Shown here: positions 59,925 through 64,000 of the stretch, piece after piece
Layout: each line of letters opens with the position of its first letter
Position numbering within the stretch: position 1 is the stretch's first letter
NCBI GenBank assembly: GCA_008632985.1
Contig: QPGO01000153.1
Coordinates: 1-64,000, forward strand
From: Psammoneis japonica
Taxonomy: Eukaryota
Length of the DNA: 64,000 nt
Direction: 5' to 3'
Program-made: the position numbers and the translations under genes
Notes under the pieces: generated by a model
Databases searched by the model: none
What the model saw: only the letters and a program-made list of their open reading frames with translations
What the model was told of the DNA's origin: nothing

Positions 59925-62116
59925 TTACCGGTAACATACAGTACAACAATCACATTCAATTTCCCCATCGGTACTCTCGTCGATGCCACAATCACCAGCT
60001 ATGTAATGAAGAGTATTGATTTCGCAAATGTCCTCGGGCACCTCTCCCTTGAAATGGTTATTGAAGAAATGAAACTCAACTGTGGAAAATTGCAAATTGC
60101 GTGAAAATCTTAAGAGGCGAAGATTGTTCTAAATCGCGGCATCGAAATGTAGAGCTTACCTAATTTCTTAAGTTTGCCGAGGGATTTAGGAATGGTTCCA
60201 ACCAGCTCATTTTGATTCAAACGCAGAATTTCTATTAAAACACGATGGGCAGGCACAAACAGTTTTAGGTGAAAGCTCGTCATCACAGCTGAACTGCAAA
60301 TCACAAACACGAATCGTTCGTTCATAACATTCATTTGAAGACCAAGAACTCACTAAGCGTTGTCACACGAGATAACTCCGGGTCGATCTCCCCGGTAAAC
60401 TTGTTGTCATCAATCCAAAAATCAGCTGTTGTGCGTCAAACATCGGAGGAGGTCAGACATGAACACGGTTCAACACGTACAACTTCATGGGAGGGCAAGA
60501 CTTACTCAAATGCTTAAAGGATGATACGTCTGGCATTGGTCCAGTGAAGCGATTTGCAGTGATCTTGAAAGAATCTGAAAAAGAACAGGTACAATTTCAA
60601 AACACATCGAACGTGAGACCAAGCAGGAGGGACAGGACGACAAAGTATTCCTTTCGGCTTGTCACAACTTACGCAATGAATTCAAAAGGCTTAACTCTGT
60701 AGGGATCTTTCCTGAGAGAAGATTGTTATCGATATGGAGGTCACGCAAATCCGTACATCCACCAATTTCAGATGGGATATTGCCTGTTAGCTTGTTCTCC
60801 TGCAGGTGTAAAAGGGCTGGTTGCGCAACAAAGAAAGGTGCAGTATTCATGATGAGATACCGAAACGCGAAAGGGAGCCTGCTTCTCTCTAAGAAAGCAC
60901 AAATGAAACTCACCTAATACATGGAGCTTTCCGAGAGTGGTTGGAATCGTTCCCTTCAGGTTCTTGTTGCCTCCAATGGCTAATGTCTTGAGTTTTGCCA
61001 TAATCGAGAGTTCCGGAGGTAGCTCGCCATTCAGGTTGTTCGCGGTTAAGTTAAGATGAATAACATGAGGAGTGATTCCTACAGCAGCAGACATCTTTCC
61101 GAGTGCACCCGTCGAAGGCACATGGTTTCCACATTTCACTCCGTACCATGAACAAATATGACTCGATGTCAGCCAGCCATCGTTTTTCTTCCATTCCTGT
61201 TGAACCTTCGTAGTGGAAAAGAAGAGTGTGACCATTGCATAGCGTTGAAGCATGTCAAAATGGCCAACCGAAAGCTGTGCTTCATCCTCATCCGATAGCC
61301 ACCTTGCCGCTCGGCTTTGCGGTGAGTTCTGGGTTTTTAAGTCCTTCTCCACTGATACCTCCGAGTCGACCAGATAATCAAGGATGCTATGAAAACGTTC
61401 CTCATCCACGGGGAACTCAACCTCAACTTTCCCGCCTTCCTCTTTAGGGGGCGCTTTGGGAACGACTTCGCCAGAATCTTCGCCTTCAGGTACGGTATAT
61501 CCGTGATTGTCTTCGCCACTAACAACTACTACAGTACCAACAATCGCAATTGCCAGCACAACCATGACAAGACAAGTAAGCATCCTTTTAGGAGAGCAAC
61601 TTCCAGAAAAGGAGGAGACATGCTCTGCTAGAAAGAAGGATGTACTTGGACTGCGATCTTTTCTTTTGCTGATCTGTTTCTTGAGATGGTTGTCTCCTTT
61701 TCAATACCAAATTCGCCGTGCATGAAAGATCGAGATGAGTCGCCTGCATCAGCTCGAAACCTCGACGTACGATTGATCTCGTGCTTTGCTGTTTCGTCTA
61801 GTAGCGAGGACTTGTGAATCCCGTTCACCTGCATTGGTGCTCTACTTGTTTTCATCCACAAATCACCTTCGTCTTCGTCCGATAAGAAGCGACGCACATT
61901 CTATAGAGGAAAATCATACCATTAGATGCACATTCCGTGACCAGTATGAAAATTGTGTGACAGTGGTCTACTTACCTCCAACGTTCCTTGCTCGAGATGG
62001 CCGTTTTTTCCTGGCGGATCAGACCCCCCGTACTTGCTACCAGAAGACGGATTCAAGCTACCGCTACGACCAAAACGTGGTTCTGGGCTGTCAAAATTAA
62101 TTACACCACTGGCCAT
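59925..62116 (-). CDS. Type-II membrane LRR protein (paralog 5), multi-exon; at least one frameshift in exon 2
   Basis: Intron 1 at 61901-61975 followed by NVRRFLSDE. TM helix. Cap QRYAMVTLFFST...CSWYGVKC. LRR exons. C-terminal DC...CDCCTVCYR. Confidence 0.8.
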
Positions 62117-62788
62117 GGTCTTTTTCTTTGACGTCAAGAGAAGAACAATTCATCAAGCGGCAAACAAACAAGCTACAGTACAACTGAATCAGCATGCATG
62201 TTGTCGTTTTCTTCTTTCCGGCGACTTGATTTCGTGACGGTGCGCAAGGGCATAATTAATCTACAGAATGACCTTTGTACAAAATGACCCATGAATGACT
62301 TTTGACTTGTGACATACCGTCCGTACGAGGTACAGACACTCGCTTCGATCCGCAATCGAATCTTCCAATCTCTCACATCTTCAATCTCACAAAAAATCTT
62401 CTTGATTGATGGATGCAATGGCAGATGGCGGATGCGGCAGAACAACTTCGAACTTAGTCTTCGTTATGAACGTCGCACAACGTTCCAAACTGTTGTTTTC
62501 TGTCCACCATAGACGCAGAGAAGTCCATGCAAGTTTCTCACGTTGCCAAGGCAACAATCCATGCCTTTTCTGCCGACGAGTTCCTTCGAAATCTAACGAA
62601 TTCCAAATGGCTGCATACCCGTTTATTTTTACCGATGAGAGTTCTGTCGTAATCTTATGAACTCCATGGTATTATAACGATAGAAATCCTTAGAAGTCCA
62701 AGTTGTGTCGAGTTTCGGATCCTTGGGGCACTCAAAATAGCTCACAAAATAAAAAAAACGAGCAAAGCAAAACAAAATCAACCCCACC

Positions 62789-63968
62789 ATGCCTCTTACT
62801 CTCACCATTAGTGAAGATGCGCCTCTTCCTCACGACAGTATCGAAGAAGCCGTCAAGCTCCTCTCGGAATCTTTTTTGAAGCATCACGGCCTAACCAGCA
62901 ACACCGTCATGACTCCCAATGTGACTGCCAATGTGGTGATTTCAGATTGTACCAAGGGGCCTATCCTTTTCAGGTGGCAACAAGTTTGCCGGAGTCTGGA
63001 TCGAATGGAAAGTCCCTTCTTTTGCGTTTGCGACACGTGAGATTCAAAAAGGATACGGACAAGATGCTGTCGAGATTATTCAAAAGCTTACCAAGGGGAA
63101 ACAGCCGAAGGATAACATCTACTTCAATGTTGTCCATACCGTCAATGGCGCTTGGAACTTGGACGGTAAGGCCATGACCAATGAAGAGCTTGCTGCATCC
63201 ATTGCTACTGGCGCTCCTGACAAGAATGAAGAAACCGGCAAGCATTTTCTTCTCATTCATGGAGCCTGGGGTGGGGCTCGGGAATTCGATGAAACCATTC
63301 AAGGACTAGAGCGCCGTGGGCATCAAGCCACCGCCATTGACCTTCCTGGACACGGGGACTTTAAGGCACTTATTTCTCAAGTAACTATGGAAGCTTACGT
63401 CAAACGGGTTGTTGAGGCAGCCAATGCTGTTGAGGGAGGATCATTTTAGTTGGTCATTCGCTGGGGGTTCCATCATTTCGCAAGTCGCAGAGAAGATGCC
63501 TGAAAAGATTGAGCGCCTTGTCTATGCTGCAGCGATTCTCCCAAAGAACGGTGAGACTGCCTTGGGACTGATGCAATCTGATCCCGATGGCCAGTTGCTT
63601 CCCCGCCTTGTCTTTTCAGAGGATGATCCTTCGTCACCGTTTCTCCCAAGGTGGTACAAGAAGTTCTTCTTCACGACGTAAAGGAGCCTGAAAGGCTCGC
63701 GCAGTTCTTGCCCCACTTTGGTGTGAAACAGGCTACAGAGCCGTTTACGTTTGTCGCCGACTTGAGCAATGAAGTGTTTGGCTCTGTACCCAAAACATAC
63801 CTTCGTGCATCAATCGACAAGGTTCTTTCTCCCGCACTCCAGAAGCAAATGATTTCGTCGTGGGACGTGGATCAAGTCTTGACGTTGGAGTCTGGTCACT
63901 TTCCATTAATGTCCATCCCGGAGAACTTGGTGGATGCTCTTGACCAAGCCTCCAAGTTTGACGAATAA
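62789..63968 (+). CDS. Fusion of a tautomerase-superfamily (Pro1) domain and a methylesterase-like alpha/beta hydrolase; intronless, several frameshifts
   Basis: N-terminal MPLTLT...HGLTSNTVMTPNVTA...FSGG...WKVPSFAFA...NIYFNVVHTVNGAWNLDGKAMTNEEL continues in one frame (62943-63440) into FLLIHGAWGG...AIDLPGHG. GHSLG, D-KVL and SGHFP follow in later frames. Confidence 0.7.
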
Positions 63969-64000
63969 CCACATCCCTGTCACCCGTTTCTCGTTGTATA

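Noticed and set aside
62936..62945. 10-nt GT...AG micro-intron (gtgatttcag) that would fix the tautomerase frame
   Set aside because: Far shorter than the ~70-130-nt introns in this window. A one-base indel is the simpler explanation.

Overview
Eukaryotic nuclear DNA, most likely from a diatom. This is inferred from short GT-AG introns, a DUF6824-type protein, an HSF gene and a family of single-pass LRR proteins with the 'QRYALATxxxST...W...C.W.GV.C' cap. Host genes: a secreted lamin-tail-domain protein, an HSF transcription factor, a large multi-reader CHD-type remodeller, five paralogous multi-exon type-II-membrane LRR genes, an LRAT-domain gene with an in-frame UAG, a duplicated uncharacterised gene, an AMT1 ammonium transporter, a DUF6824 protein, a POT/PTR transporter and an intronless tautomerase/alpha-beta-hydrolase fusion. 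Four sharply bounded domains (about 1.6-6.1, 24.7-27.5, 42.5-43.8 and 46.0-52.8 kb) are almost devoid of TpA and strongly depleted of CpG, with both converted to TpG/CpA. They contain decayed transposon remnants and a galactose-oxidase-like pseudogene whose conserved Tyr codons have become His/Cys codons. This regional TpA>TpG/CpA hypermutation is the most striking signal. Other notable features: a tandem array of symmetric acidic micro-exons inside one LRR gene, a young PIF/Harbinger-type MITE, a foldback element straddling a mutation-domain boundary, and a 31-bp palindromic motif found upstream of two genes. Many single-base frameshifts in homopolymers suggest residual assembly indel errors. 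All counts and alignments were made by eye.
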